This document shows positions 62,838 to 64,000 of a stretch of DNA of 64,000 bases, in pieces. The notes below the pieces were generated by a model. The model had not been told where the DNA came from. It made no database searches and worked only from the letters and a program-made list of their open reading frames with translations. The stretch is from Veleropilina oligotropha (lineage: Eukaryota). Where the stretch lies: positions 62,001 to 126,000 of the forward strand of contig JBEUKZ010000029.1 of the NCBI GenBank assembly GCA_048128005.1, read 5' to 3'. The position numbers were made by a program, and so were the translations under genes. Every line of letters begins with the position of its first letter. Positions within the stretch are counted from its first letter, which is position 1.

Positions 62838-63113
62838 ATGAAGGGCACAGACACCTGTCAATGGCTCACCATAAGCTCCACGGAGCTATGCGGTAAGAGT
62901 TGTCTGAGAGAGTTTTGCAAAGTCCACCTGGCTCGGCTCCGGCGAAATGGCTGGGGCACAAAGCCCTGCATCAAATGCGGCAAAGGCGTCTTCAATCGGC
63001 TTACGTTGTGTAAGGGCTGTGGGTATAAGCTTGAGATCGATAGGGACTGGCAACGAAAGAAAAGGGCCTTCGAGAGAGAGTTTCTCCGCATGGCTGCAAT
63101 TTACCACGCGTAA
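62838..63113 (+). CDS. Small Cys/His zinc-binding protein, homolog of 55195-55494
   Basis: CQWLT...CGKSCLREFCKVH...PCIKCGKG...LCKGCG. Confidence 0.8.
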   Translation: MKGTDTCQWLTISSTELCGKSCLREFCKVHLARLRRNGWGTKPCIKCGKGVFNRLTLCKGCGYKLEIDRDWQRKKRAFEREFLRMAAIYHA

Positions 63114-63164
63114 ATTTCCTATTAGAGGAATGATCGACGTAGTGTATGCCCACCGCATATCGCA

Positions 63165-64000
63165 ATGGTACGTGCCTCCCTCAGCGAACTACGCAATTTA
63201 GCGAATGATTACGGGCTTCCCGCTCGGTCGAAGCTCAAGAAGAACGACCTCATCAGGGCAATAGCCGGGGTCCGTGCTGCCGAGTTTCGGAGGAGACTCG
63301 AGCGGGCAATGAAAACGGGAAGATTCCCCTCCATCCGTGGAGATGTAGAGAACCCCCACAAAAGAGGCCGTCGTGCTCGCGAATTGCGGCAGCTTAAGGA
63401 CGAGGTCGAGGTGGCCCTCAAGGTCAGTAAATATACCTCCCAGGCTGAGAAAAATCCCTTGCTACGACAGAAGCCACTTCGTGCCATCACGGATCTAATC
63501 GTCAAGCCACACTTGCACGGTCTGAGTAGGTCTCGGAAAGAGACCCTTGCCCGGGCAATAGCTCGGAAGGGGCCCCGGGATCTTCTGAGAGATCACTTAG
63601 CCTCGGATGAATATTATTCCCTCTCCAAAACGCCCCGGACAGCCCAGGACTACCAGAAGGATCTTCTAGGGCTGTTTACCACACCAGAGGGGCAACAATT
63701 CATCGACCTGGATGTCCAGGCCCCTCCCCCAGTAAGGCTCCCAGCAAAAGAGCCATGGGTGGAACTCTTGAACGACGCCAAAGACGAGTTTGAGGTCGAT
63801 GGCGCCGCGGCGGCTTTCTCCACATGGAGGGTAGAAGTGGACATTAAGATCGCATATGATATCGAAGCGAGGGCTGGCCGGCTGGCCCTGGATGCCCGTA
63901 TGACAGATGCGAGGGCGGTACAGCTCCCCACAGCCCTTCCAAAAGGCGAGTATGTCCTTAGAATAAAGTTCTTGCGTGAGTGGGGTGAAGGCGACTGGGT
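63165..64000 (+). CDS. Replicase fusion N-terminus of the second element (open to the window end)
   Basis: MVRASLSELRNLANDYGLPARSKLKKNDLIRAI...GEYVLRIKFLREWGEGDW; absent from the ORF track because it has no stop in the window. Confidence 0.9.
   Translation, partial: MVRASLSELRNLANDYGLPARSKLKKNDLIRAIAGVRAAEFRRRLERAMKTGRFPSIRGDVENPHKRGRRARELRQLKDEVEVALKVSKYTSQAEKNPLLRQKPLRAITDLIVKPHLHGLSRSRKETLARAIARKGPRDLLRDHLASDEYYSLSKTPRTAQDYQKDLLGLFTTPEGQQFIDLDVQAPPPVRLPAKEPWVELLNDAKDEFEVDGAAAAFSTWRVEVDIKIAYDIEARAGRLALDARMTDARAVQLPTALPKGEYVLRIKFLREWGEGDW

Larger units (their letters stand above)
62158..64000. mobile_element. Second, diverged Polinton-like element (one end only), inverted relative to the first
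   Basis: Starts AGCAGCAGGGGGGGT; terminal region homologous to the first element's TIR; same gene order: basic peptide, zinc finger, replicase. Confidence 0.92.

Overview
Repeat-dense eukaryotic (animal, probably lophotrochozoan/mollusc-like) genomic DNA. The only clear host gene is the 5' part of a spliced TRIM-family gene (RING-B-box-coiled coil, minus strand, exons 4235-4828 and 3559-3633). The rest is mostly nested mobile DNA: six PIF/Harbinger derivatives, an RTE-X-like LINE with an intact ORF2, CR1 and L2 fragments, Helitron/Helentron-type elements, tRNA-SINEs, a Kolobok-type element and Academ remnants. The highlight is a complete 15.8-kb GC-rich endogenous Polinton/Maverick-like virus (40307-56113) with 295-bp TIRs starting AGCAGC and a 5-bp TSD (CAGGA). 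It encodes a major capsid candidate, a penton, an A32-type packaging ATPase and an rve integrase. Removing a SINE and one nonsense codon reconstructs a ~1284-aa replicase fusing vOTU-like, PolB, SF1 helicase and HNH modules. The element also carries about seven predicted membrane proteins (one with PSAP + LYPxL ESCRT late-domain motifs), a secreted Cys-rich protein and a KAPA-repeat basic peptide, and no recognisable adenain-type protease. A second, diverged, oppositely oriented copy begins at 62158 and runs off the window. All family calls come from visual motif recognition; no database searches were run.
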